Shown here: piece after piece, positions 9,157 to 16,017 of the stretch
Layout of the letters: each line of letters begins with the position of its first letter
How positions within the stretch are numbered: the first letter of the stretch is position 1
Notes under the pieces: model-generated
The model's input: the letters and a program-made list of their open reading frames with translations, nothing else
Told to the model about the DNA's origin: nothing
The model's database searches: none
Program-made: the position numbers and the translations under genes
NCBI GenBank assembly: GCA_002304845.1
Contig: DBPM01000017.1
Coordinates: 1,198-29,141 of the forward strand
Origin: Candidatus Shapirobacteria bacterium UBA1420
GTDB taxonomy: Bacteria > Patescibacteriota > Microgenomatia > UBA12405
Length of the DNA stretch: 27,944 bases
Direction of reading: 5' to 3'

Positions 9157-10202
9157 TTTTTATTCTTTGTCTGTTTCTACTTTTGACCAAACCGGTTATG
9201 GCCAAGGAATTGATTATTGCTAATTTTTATCAAGCTAAAAATATCTATCCTGGCTTTAGCGGCCAAAATTCTCTTAAAATTACCAATCCGGAAAATACTG
9301 ATTGTCCTCTTAGTTTAAGATTGGAACCGCTTTCTTCAGATTATTTATCAGATCAAATCAATTTAAGCATCATTGGACGCCACCAAGTTCTCTACGGTGG
9401 TAACCTCAACCAACTTCATCATCAATTCACTTTTTTAACCACTCTCAAAGCCAAAGAAAGTCTTGATTTATTCTGGCAATTTTCTTTCCCTCGTCAAGCT
9501 GACAATCTTTTTCAAAATTCCCACTATCAATCAGATATCATTTTCAATTTTGATTGTAACCAACCTTCATCATCCTCTACAGGTTGTCATCAGTCCATTC
9601 CCAGATATACCCCCATTATTAACAAAGTAGTGCCGGGTATCAATTCAGTCACTTTATTTTGGACGGAACCTAATGATACTTTTACTTATTACCTAATCGC
9701 TTATAGCCAAGAAACGCATGCCGCCACTTTTGCCAACCCTAATATTGGTCCTCCTGGTACCACTAGTTACACCATTAACAATCTAGATGCAGGTGTTCCA
9801 TACTTTTTTAAGATTAAAGTCGGTAATGGTTGTGCCACCGGCTCTTTTTCAGAAATTGTCAGTGCCACTCCTTTGGGTGAAGCCACTTTTAACACTCCTG
9901 CCTCCGGATTTTTAAACTCATCTGTTTTAGGTTTATCCACTGCTCCTGATTATTTTCCTGAAGACTCACCCGCCTCTGAGGATAAAAAATGTCTAGCCAT
10001 AATTCCTTTCACCTTTGTTCTAGCTCTGATAGTTAATTTATTTTTTCTCAAAAAACCGGTTTTTCTTTTACTATCATCACTCCTGGCACTGACAGTTGAT
10101 TATTATCTGTCTCGTTTTACTTGTTTACCCACCTCGTACCTTGTTCTTACCCCCATTATTTCTTTTATTATTCCTTACCTACTTTCTTTCAAAATCCGAT
10201 AA
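9153..10202 (+). CDS. Membrane-anchored protein with a TasA-like domain, a fibronectin type III domain and C-terminal TM helices
   Basis: Signal peptide; NIYPGF.....KITN and DNLFQ......IIFNF; FN3 pattern SVTLFWTEP..YYLIAY..SYTINNL....YFFKIKVGNG.....SEIVSATP; hydrophobic C-terminus. ATGA-coupled. Confidence 0.72.
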   Translation: MIFILCLFLLLTKPVMAKELIIANFYQAKNIYPGFSGQNSLKITNPENTDCPLSLRLEPLSSDYLSDQINLSIIGRHQVLYGGNLNQLHHQFTFLTTLKAKESLDLFWQFSFPRQADNLFQNSHYQSDIIFNFDCNQPSSSSTGCHQSIPRYTPIINKVVPGINSVTLFWTEPNDTFTYYLIAYSQETHAATFANPNIGPPGTTSYTINNLDAGVPYFFKIKVGNGCATGSFSEIVSATPLGEATFNTPASGFLNSSVLGLSTAPDYFPEDSPASEDKKCLAIIPFTFVLALIVNLFFLKKPVFLLLSSLLALTVDYYLSRFTCLPTSYLVLTPIISFIIPYLLSFKIR

Positions 10203-10222
10203 ATTTAGTTTATACTGAATTT

Positions 10223-11083
10223 ATGAAAGGGTTTTTTTCTTTACTTTTTATTCCTCAAGAAAGGAATAATCACCGAGCTCTTCTCCTGCACCCTTCATTT
10301 TTAGGTGTTATTATTGCTGTTTATCTTCTCAATCAGTCTCTAATCAAATCGTTAAGTATGCTCAAGCCTGGAATCTTGGGTTATTCTTCGGAAATTACTG
10401 TCCAAAAAGTCCTCGATCAGACCAATTTGCAAAGACAAAAACTCGGTCTACCACCTCTGAAATATAACGCTTTGCTCTCAGAATCTGCGGTTCTGAAGGC
10501 TGAAGATATGTTCCAAAATGATTACTGGGCTCACAATTCTCCGGCAGGTAAAAGTCCTTGGGATTTTTTCCAACAGGCCGGTTACCATTATACTGTAGCT
10601 GGGGAAAATTTAGCTCGTGATTTTTATGATACTGAGTCCATGTTAAAAGCTTGGATGAACTCTCCAACTCATCGAGATAATATTGTCAATAGTAAATATC
10701 AAGAAATCGGTATTGGTGTGGTCAATGGTGTCCTCAATGGTGTTAAAACCACTCTGGTGGTCCAACATTTTGCCACCCCCACTCCTCAGCAATCTAAAAT
10801 CGCTGAAACTTCACCTACCCCTCTTCAATCTCAATCCCAAGCTTTAGGTTCTACTGTTGAAGTTTCTCCTCCGGTCTCTTCTCCTAAAATTAATCCTCTA
10901 TTTTTAAGTAAAATTTTGGGCACCGTTATTTTTGGGATTATTGTTGTCGTTTTAATTATCGATTCTTACATTACTCTTAAACAAGGCACCTCTCGTTTCA
11001 CTGGTTCTTCCGCTGGTCATATTGGTTTTTTGATGGTCATTTTAATGTTACTTATTTTTACTCAACAGGGGAGTATTTTTTAA
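10223..11083 (+). CDS. CAP (SCP/YkwD-like) domain membrane protein, 286 aa
   Basis: TNLQRQKLGLPPL, KAEDMFQNDYWAHNSP, AGENLA, WMNSPTHRDNI, IGIGV. Start moved to ATG 10223 because TATACT lies 6 nt upstream. Confidence 0.9.
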   Translation: MKGFFSLLFIPQERNNHRALLLHPSFLGVIIAVYLLNQSLIKSLSMLKPGILGYSSEITVQKVLDQTNLQRQKLGLPPLKYNALLSESAVLKAEDMFQNDYWAHNSPAGKSPWDFFQQAGYHYTVAGENLARDFYDTESMLKAWMNSPTHRDNIVNSKYQEIGIGVVNGVLNGVKTTLVVQHFATPTPQQSKIAETSPTPLQSQSQALGSTVEVSPPVSSPKINPLFLSKILGTVIFGIIVVVLIIDSYITLKQGTSRFTGSSAGHIGFLMVILMLLIFTQQGSIF

Positions 11084-11347
11084 ATGATTATCTTCAAAGA
11101 AATTAAAAAACAGCCCTTTGATTACATCCTTCTATTGGTAGTTTCTCTGGTGACCATTATTTCATTTCTCCTGTTTGGTAACCATGGTCACTCTCATTTT
11201 CAGCGTCAAGTTCTTTATGCTTTTGTGGTTTTTTATTTTATTTGGAGTTTAGTTCACCACAGTCGTCGCCGTGATTTACAACTATCTATTATTGTCGAAT
11301 ATTTACTTTTTGCCCTCTTGGCTCTGATTATTATCAGCGGGATTTAG
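11084..11347 (+). CDS. Small integral membrane hypothetical protein (about 3 TM helices)
   Basis: 87-aa hydrophobic ORF starting directly after the CAP stop (TAAATG). Confidence 0.7.
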   Translation: MIIFKEIKKQPFDYILLLVVSLVTIISFLLFGNHGHSHFQRQVLYAFVVFYFIWSLVHHSRRRDLQLSIIVEYLLFALLALIIISGI

Positions 11348-11972
11348 ATTTTTGCCATTCCTTAATTTTTTTAGGATCTCCTGACAACAAGACTTTCGGC
11401 ACTTTTTTGCCCTTATATTCGGTTGGTCGAGTGTATTGAGGATGTTCAATATTTTTTCCCTGGGAAAAACTTTCCACTACACTTGATTCATCCTTTCCTA
11501 AAACTCCTGGAATTAATCGTGAAATTGAATCAATCAATACCATCGCCGGAATTTCCCCACCGCTTAATACATAATCACCAATCGAAATTTCTTCGTCCAC
11601 TAGCTCTGAAATTCTTTCATCAAAACCTTCATAATGTCCACAAATTAACATCATGTTTTTTTCTTTTGACAACCTTCGCACATCTTTTTGAGTTAATCTT
11701 TTCCCTCTCGCCGACAACAGTATTATTCTAGTTTCTTGTTTCTGATTTCTGGTTTCTTCAATTGCCCTATCCACCACATCCACTCGTATCAGCATCCCCA
11801 CATCACCTCCGTATGGCCGATCATCAACCGAGCCATAACTATTCCAGGCCCATTTTCTTAGATTGTGGTAATTAATTTTTATTCGCTTATTTTTAATTGC
11901 TCGGGCTATAATACTCTTACTAAAAACGCTTTCAAACATTTCGGGAAACAAGGTTAAAACATCAAATTTCAT
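11334..11972 (-). CDS. trmD: tRNA (guanine-N1)-methyltransferase
   Basis: MKFDVLTLFPEMF, VDDRPYGG..GM, ICGHYEGFDER, SIGDYVLSGGE, EHPQYTRP. Confidence 0.97.
   Translation of the reverse strand: MKFDVLTLFPEMFESVFSKSIIARAIKNKRIKINYHNLRKWAWNSYGSVDDRPYGGDVGMLIRVDVVDRAIEETRNQKQETRIILLSARGKRLTQKDVRRLSKEKNMMLICGHYEGFDERISELVDEEISIGDYVLSGGEIPAMVLIDSISRLIPGVLGKDESSVVESFSQGKNIEHPQYTRPTEYKGKKVPKVLLSGDPKKIKEWQKSKSR
11724..11758 (-). repeat. Five tandem heptamers (consensus NAGAAAC) inside trmD
   Basis: Minus strand AAGAAAC CAGAAAT CAGAAAC AAGAAAC TAGAATA, encoding ETRNQKQETRI. Confidence 0.75.
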
Positions 11973-12004
11973 AGCTTATTTTATCATTGTGCTAATATAA
12001 ACTT
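11973..12004. promoter_or_regulatory. Divergent extended -10 promoters in a 32-bp gap
   Basis: Minus strand: TG-A-TAAAAT 5 nt before the trmD ATG. Plus strand: TG-C-TAATAT 6 nt before ATG 12005. Confidence 0.65.
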
Positions 12005-13198
12005 ATGAAAACTCAAACTAAGGCTAAAGAGACTGCAGTTATTATCATTCCTACTTACAATGAAGCCGATAACATCGGCAAAATGATTGAATATTTGTGT
12101 ACTAAAACCTTCCCCAGTCTGGACAAAAAATGGAATATGCATATTTTAGTCGTTGATGATAGTTCTCCCGATGGTACCGGTAAAGTAGTTGAAAAATTGT
12201 CTCGTAAATACAAAAATGTTCACCTTTATACCAATCCCACCAAAAATGGTATTGGTGCCGCTTATTTAGTTGGTTTTAAACATGCTATGGACCACCTCAA
12301 AGCCGATTATGTCTTTGAATTTGATGGTGATTTTCAACACCCCCCGGAGACTATTCCAGTCATGTTAAAAGCCATGGATGATGGTTACGATTACGTTATT
12401 GGTTCTAGAAAAATCAAAGGTGGTTCCAATCCTAAAGGTTGGGGTTTTAAAAGAGTTTTCTTTTCCGAAGTCGGTGGTTTTGTCGCTCGTTTTTTAATGT
12501 TTTTTCCTTTCAAAAATTTCTTCCAAGTTACCGATCCCACCACCGGTTTGAAAGTTACTCGCGTCAAAGGTTTTATTGATAAAATGAATCTGGACGCATC
12601 CCACTTATACACTAAAAGCTTTGGTTACAAACTCCAACTTCTCTACGAAACCCTCAAAATGGGCGCCAAGTTTAAAGAAATTCCTTTAGAATTCCACGTC
12701 CGTAATGCTGGTGAGTCTAAAATTGAATCAAAAACCGCCAAAGATATTTTCATGGTGGCTCTTAAAATGCGTTGGTATGATGAACTGACTCAGAAGTTTT
12801 TAAAATTTGCTGTAGTTGGTGGTATTGGTTTTATTGTCAATGTAGTTGGTGGACGTCTCTTTAAAAATTTTCTTACTCCTCGGATTGCTTCTACCAGTAC
12901 CGTCAATGGTTTAGCCAATGCTTTGGCTGCCGAACTTTCTATTATTTCCAACTTCACTTGGAATAATCTCTGGACTTTTTCCAAGGAAAAAATTACTGGC
13001 AGCTCCCTTCTAGGTAAGTTTTTAACCTTCAACGCCTCCTCATTAGTTACCGGGATTTTAATTCCCTCTACAGTTATTGCTCTGTTAACCAACCTCTTCG
13101 GGGATTATTTCCTTCTCTATCAAATTATCGCTATTTTTCTTTTAACCATTCCTCTTAATTGGTTTGTCTACAATAAAATCATTTGGAGGAAAAAATAA
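12005..13198 (+). CDS. GT2 polyprenol-phosphate glycosyltransferase (DPM1-like) fused to a GtrA flippase-like domain
   Basis: IIIPTYNEADNI, VVDDSSPDGT, EFDGDFQHPP, VIGSR; C-terminal KFLKFAVVGGIG...SIISNFTWNNLWTF. Confidence 0.9.
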   Translation: MKTQTKAKETAVIIIPTYNEADNIGKMIEYLCTKTFPSLDKKWNMHILVVDDSSPDGTGKVVEKLSRKYKNVHLYTNPTKNGIGAAYLVGFKHAMDHLKADYVFEFDGDFQHPPETIPVMLKAMDDGYDYVIGSRKIKGGSNPKGWGFKRVFFSEVGGFVARFLMFFPFKNFFQVTDPTTGLKVTRVKGFIDKMNLDASHLYTKSFGYKLQLLYETLKMGAKFKEIPLEFHVRNAGESKIESKTAKDIFMVALKMRWYDELTQKFLKFAVVGGIGFIVNVVGGRLFKNFLTPRIASTSTVNGLANALAAELSIISNFTWNNLWTFSKEKITGSSLLGKFLTFNASSLVTGILIPSTVIALLTNLFGDYFLLYQIIAIFLLTIPLNWFVYNKIIWRKK

Positions 13199-13926
13199 TG
13201 AAAGGGATAATTTTAGCTGGCGGTAAAGCCACTCGACTTCGCCCTTTAACCCTAGTCACCAGTAAACAACTTTTACCGGTTTACAACAAACCGATGATTT
13301 ATTACCCTTTACAGACCTTGTTAGATGCTGGCATTAAAGACATTCTCATTATTATTGCTCCTGATTATTCCGGACAATTTTTAAATTTATTAGGTGACGG
13401 TTCGGAATTTGGTGCCAGATTTAGTTATATTGTTCAAAAAGAACCTCGCGGTCTATCCGAAGCCTTCATTTTGGGTGAAAAATTTATTGGTAATGACAAT
13501 GTCACTATGATTTTAGGTGATAATATTTTTCTACAACAAGATTTTTCTCAAGATATTAGAAACTTCAACAGTGGTGGTCTGGTTTTTGCTAGACAAGTTG
13601 AAGACCCTCAGCGTTACGGCGTGGTGGAATTTGATAAAAATGGTAAAGTCATTAGTCTTGAAGAAAAACCTCAAAAACCCAAAAGTAATTATGCTGTCGT
13701 AGGACTTTATGTTTTTGATAATCGTGTTTCTGCAGCCGCCAAAAATCTTAAACCCTCACCTCGTGGTGAATTGGAAATTATCGACCTCCAAAAGTTTTAT
13801 TTGGACAAAAATGAATTAACTGTCAAAATTTTTGACGGTATCTGGGAAGACGCCGGCACCTTTGATTCCTTACTTAGAGTTGGTAACATAGTTGCTCAAT
13901 CTCAATTGACAAGCTCAAATTCTTAA
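13198..13926 (+). CDS. rfbA: Glucose-1-phosphate thymidylyltransferase, short form (242 aa)
   Basis: MKGIILAGGKATRL.PLT...SKQLLPVYNKPMIYYPL, Q.EPRGL, LGDN, RYGVVEF, EEKP, SPRGELEI, W.DAGT. TAATG coupling at 13196-13200. Confidence 0.93.
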   Translation: MKGIILAGGKATRLRPLTLVTSKQLLPVYNKPMIYYPLQTLLDAGIKDILIIIAPDYSGQFLNLLGDGSEFGARFSYIVQKEPRGLSEAFILGEKFIGNDNVTMILGDNIFLQQDFSQDIRNFNSGGLVFARQVEDPQRYGVVEFDKNGKVISLEEKPQKPKSNYAVVGLYVFDNRVSAAAKNLKPSPRGELEIIDLQKFYLDKNELTVKIFDGIWEDAGTFDSLLRVGNIVAQSQLTSSNS

Positions 13927-14384
13927 TGTTTAATACAGCTATGACTAAACTTGATTTTCTCCAACCCATCGAAGACTGGTTAGCTTTGTACTTTGGTAAA
14001 AAAGCTCCAGCTATGCCTAAAAAAGTCAAAGAATTTATCGTTAAATATGGTCCTTATCTTAGTTTAGTTCTATTAGTTTTTGCTTTCCCTGTGATGTTGG
14101 CGGCTTTTGGTGTCAGTACTTTCCTAACACCATTTAGCATTTTTAGAGGTTTAAGTCTTTTTGCTCAGTTATCCACTTTGATTGCTCTTTCAACTTTCAT
14201 TCTCCAAGTCCTTGCTTTACCGGGATTGTTTAAACGGACCCAGAAGGGCTGGTATTTTAGTTTTTATGCCTCCTTATTAACCGCTCTACACAGTTTAATT
14301 ACCTCTAATTTAGGGTCTTTAATTATCCAAGGTCTTCTTGTTTGGTACGTTTTATTTCAAATCAAGTCTTACTATAAAAACTAG
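13926..14384 (+). CDS. Multi-pass membrane hypothetical protein
   Basis: 152-aa hydrophobic ORF with TAATG coupling; alternative start at ATG 13941. Confidence 0.75.
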   Translation: MFNTAMTKLDFLQPIEDWLALYFGKKAPAMPKKVKEFIVKYGPYLSLVLLVFAFPVMLAAFGVSTFLTPFSIFRGLSLFAQLSTLIALSTFILQVLALPGLFKRTQKGWYFSFYASLLTALHSLITSNLGSLIIQGLLVWYVLFQIKSYYKN

Positions 14385-15454
14385 ACTTCTACAAAACTAA
14401 GGGCATTCACCGAACCGCTTTCCAACCAGTTGTTTCCATGTATCAAAAGTAGTTTGCTTTTATTTTTAATCAGTTTTGCTCTTTTAAGTTCTTCAAAAAT
14501 ATCGTGATTTTTATCAAAATATTTATCAGTAAATTTTTTAAAATAGGGGATTACCCCATAAGATAGATTTAATAATTTTGCTACTTCTTCTTGGTCGGTA
14601 ATGGCAATGATATTTTTCTTGAGACGATAATTACTTAATTTTTGCGCTGATCCTCCGGATTTTGTAAAGACAACGACTGCATCTGCAAATTCTGATAAAT
14701 CTTTAGCCGACTTAATTATTGTTTCCCCTAAAGTGTAGTTATTATGTTCAATTTCTTTGATATCACCGTTTTTCTCACTAAAACCTAAAATTTTACTCAT
14801 TACTTTAACTGCTTCCACTGGATGTTCTCCAATCGAAGTTTCTTCCGACAACATCACCGCATCGGCTCCGTCAAACAAAGCATGAGCCACATCAGAAGCC
14901 TCCGCTCGAGTCGGTAGGGGATTTTTAGTCATGGATAGCAGCATCTCTGTAGCCACAATTACCGGTTTGTTGGCTAATCTGGTGGTATCAATAATTTTTC
15001 CCTGTAATGTAGCTAATTCTTCAATCGGAATATTTCTTCCCAGGTCGCCTCTAGCTACCATGACTCCGTCTGCCACTTGAATAATTTCTTCCAAATTTTT
15101 GAGCGCTGAGATATTTTCAATCTTGGCAATAATCGGTAATTTTCGTCCCTGTCTTTTTAATCTCTCTTTTACTTTCTCAATCTCTAACGCATTTTTAATA
15201 TATGATACGGCCACCATATCCACATTTTCAAAAATTTCAAAATCAAGTCTGGGAATATCCAAAAGTATCGGCACCTTACTACCACTTACTTTTCTAATAT
15301 TTCTAATTGCTTTTTGATGCCAACTTTTATCATTATATTTAGTGTTTAATCGACAAACATTCACTCCGTTTTGAATAATTTCGCTCAAGACTTTTTCACT
15401 TTCCGTCGCCGGCCCCACCGTCGCCACAATTTTACTTTTTCTATTTTGAGTCAT
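14381..15454 (-). CDS. pyk: Pyruvate kinase, divergent, lacking the B (lid) domain
   Basis: SKIVATVGPA, IIAKIEN, DGVMVARGDLG, PVIVATEML, PTRAEASDV, DAVMLSEET, plus a C-terminal alpha/beta domain. Confidence 0.9.
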   Translation of the reverse strand: MTQNRKSKIVATVGPATESEKVLSEIIQNGVNVCRLNTKYNDKSWHQKAIRNIRKVSGSKVPILLDIPRLDFEIFENVDMVAVSYIKNALEIEKVKERLKRQGRKLPIIAKIENISALKNLEEIIQVADGVMVARGDLGRNIPIEELATLQGKIIDTTRLANKPVIVATEMLLSMTKNPLPTRAEASDVAHALFDGADAVMLSEETSIGEHPVEAVKVMSKILGFSEKNGDIKEIEHNNYTLGETIIKSAKDLSEFADAVVVFTKSGGSAQKLSNYRLKKNIIAITDQEEVAKLLNLSYGVIPYFKKFTDKYFDKNHDIFEELKRAKLIKNKSKLLLIHGNNWLESGSVNALSFVEV

Positions 15455-15515
15455 CTATACCATCATAGCAAAGAAAAATATTCCAAGATTTATTTACTTT
15501 ATGTTATTTGTTTTG

Positions 15516-15586
15516 TTACCCCGCATGGATTCGAACCACAATTCTTACGTTCAGAGCGTAATGTCCTACCATTAGACGACGGGGTA
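15516..15586 (-). tRNA. tRNA-Gln(CUG), 71 nt, CCA not encoded
   Basis: TACCCCG/CGGGGTA acceptor stem with U1-A72, D arm GTCTAATGGTAGGAC, anticodon arm TTACG-CTCTGAA-CGTAA, T loop GGTTCGAATCC. The next bases are CAA. Confidence 0.95.
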
Positions 15587-15593
15587 CAAACAA

Positions 15594-15658
15594 AATGTCC
15601 TACCATTAGCTGCCTCATCGGCAGCCCGCCGAAGAGGCGGGACGATGGTGTACAAACA
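15594..15658 (-). repeat. Copy B of the tRNA-Gln 5' end with a 32-nt double-hairpin insert (15609-15640)
   Basis: TGTTTG-TACACCATCGTC-[CCGCCTCTTCGGCGGGCTGCCGATGAGGCAGC]-TAATGGTAGGACATT, with two mismatches to the tRNA acceptor strand. Confidence 0.93.
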
Positions 15659-15660
15659 TT

Positions 15661-15918
15661 TTAGTCTTCCAAGCTATATTTTATCTTATCTTTTAATACT
15701 TCTCTACCGTAACCACTCTTCCAAAACACTTCGGCAGCAGTTGCATCCCTCTTATCTTTAAATGCTTCAAAAAATATTAATTCAAAAGGAGCATTTCGTG
15801 ACGTATATTTGCTTCCTATTTTTTTATTATGTTCCTTAAATCTTTTGTTTATATCTCCAGTGTAACCGGCATATAAAGAATGATTCTTTTTACTTCTTAG
15901 AACATATGTAAACCACAT
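15661..15918 (-). CDS. Small stand-alone GIY-YIG nuclease, 85 aa (alternative start 15933)
   Basis: FTYVL...LYAGYT...KRFKEHN...SKYT...AAEVFWKSGYGR retains the Tyr/Tyr-Gly/Arg/His/Glu positions of the GIY-YIG module. Confidence 0.88.
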   Translation of the reverse strand: MWFTYVLRSKKNHSLYAGYTGDINKRFKEHNKKIGSKYTSRNAPFELIFFEAFKDKRDATAAEVFWKSGYGREVLKDKIKYSLED

Positions 15919-15926
15919 TACAAATT

Positions 15927-15979
15927 CTACCATTAGCTGCCTCATCGGCAGCCCGCCGAAGAGGCGGGACGACGGGGTA
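15927..15979 (-). repeat. Copy A of the tRNA-Gln 5' end with an identical 32-nt insert (15936-15967)
   Basis: TACCCCGTCGTC-[same 32 nt]-TAATGGTAG, an exact match to the first 21 nt of the tRNA apart from the insert. Confidence 0.93.
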
Positions 15980-15989
15980 GCATTTTGAT

Positions 15990-16012
15990 ATTTTATCGTA
16001 AAAAGTTATAAT
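15990..16012. promoter_or_regulatory. Divergent -10 boxes: putative tRNA/GIY-YIG promoter (minus) and promoter of the 16018 ORF (plus)
   Basis: Minus strand: TAAAAT at 15990-15995, 10 nt before copy A. Plus strand: TATAAT at 16007-16012, 5 nt before ATG 16018. Confidence 0.55.
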
Positions 16013-16017
16013 TCTCT

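Larger units (their letters stand above)
15587..15979 (-). mobile_element. Putative minimal tRNA-5'-end-targeting GIY-YIG cassette
   Basis: Nuclease ORF bracketed by direct repeats of the tRNA-Gln 5' end, each carrying the same 32-nt hairpin insert. No integrase or transposase is present, so mobility is inferred. Confidence 0.65.

Noticed and set aside
13185-13192. GGAGG before rmlA as evidence of general Shine-Dalgarno use
   Set aside because: Isolated case within coding sequence (Trp-Arg codons), and the gene is already TAATG-coupled. It may be functional but is not representative.
13198-13926. Short RmlA as a truncated pseudogene; also Obg lacking its C-terminal domain (19589-20539)
   Set aside because: Catalytic motifs are complete, and short forms of both families are well known.
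15609-15640. GC-rich hairpins as intrinsic terminators
   Set aside because: No U-tract follows on either strand, and they sit inside tRNA-derived sequence.
15371-15664. 97-aa plus-strand ORF
   Set aside because: Antisense read-through of the pyk start, the tRNA and repeat copy B; no coding features.
15919-15945. Track start of the GIY-YIG ORF at 15945 (MRQL...)
   Set aside because: That ATG lies in the hairpin loop; 15918 or 15933 fit the family N-terminus better.
15594-15979. Repeat pair as a CRISPR array
   Set aside because: Only two units, separated by a gene; the units are tRNA-derived; no cas genes are present.
15516-15979. tRNA interrupted by a self-splicing intron carrying a homing endonuclease, or a split tRNA
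   Set aside because: The tRNA at 15516-15586 is already complete. The intervening DNA is almost entirely ORF plus repeats, with no room for a group I/II core.
15587-15979. Prophage or ICE attachment sites
   Set aside because: No integrase, phage or conjugation genes are in the window, and the repeats enclose only about 270 bp.
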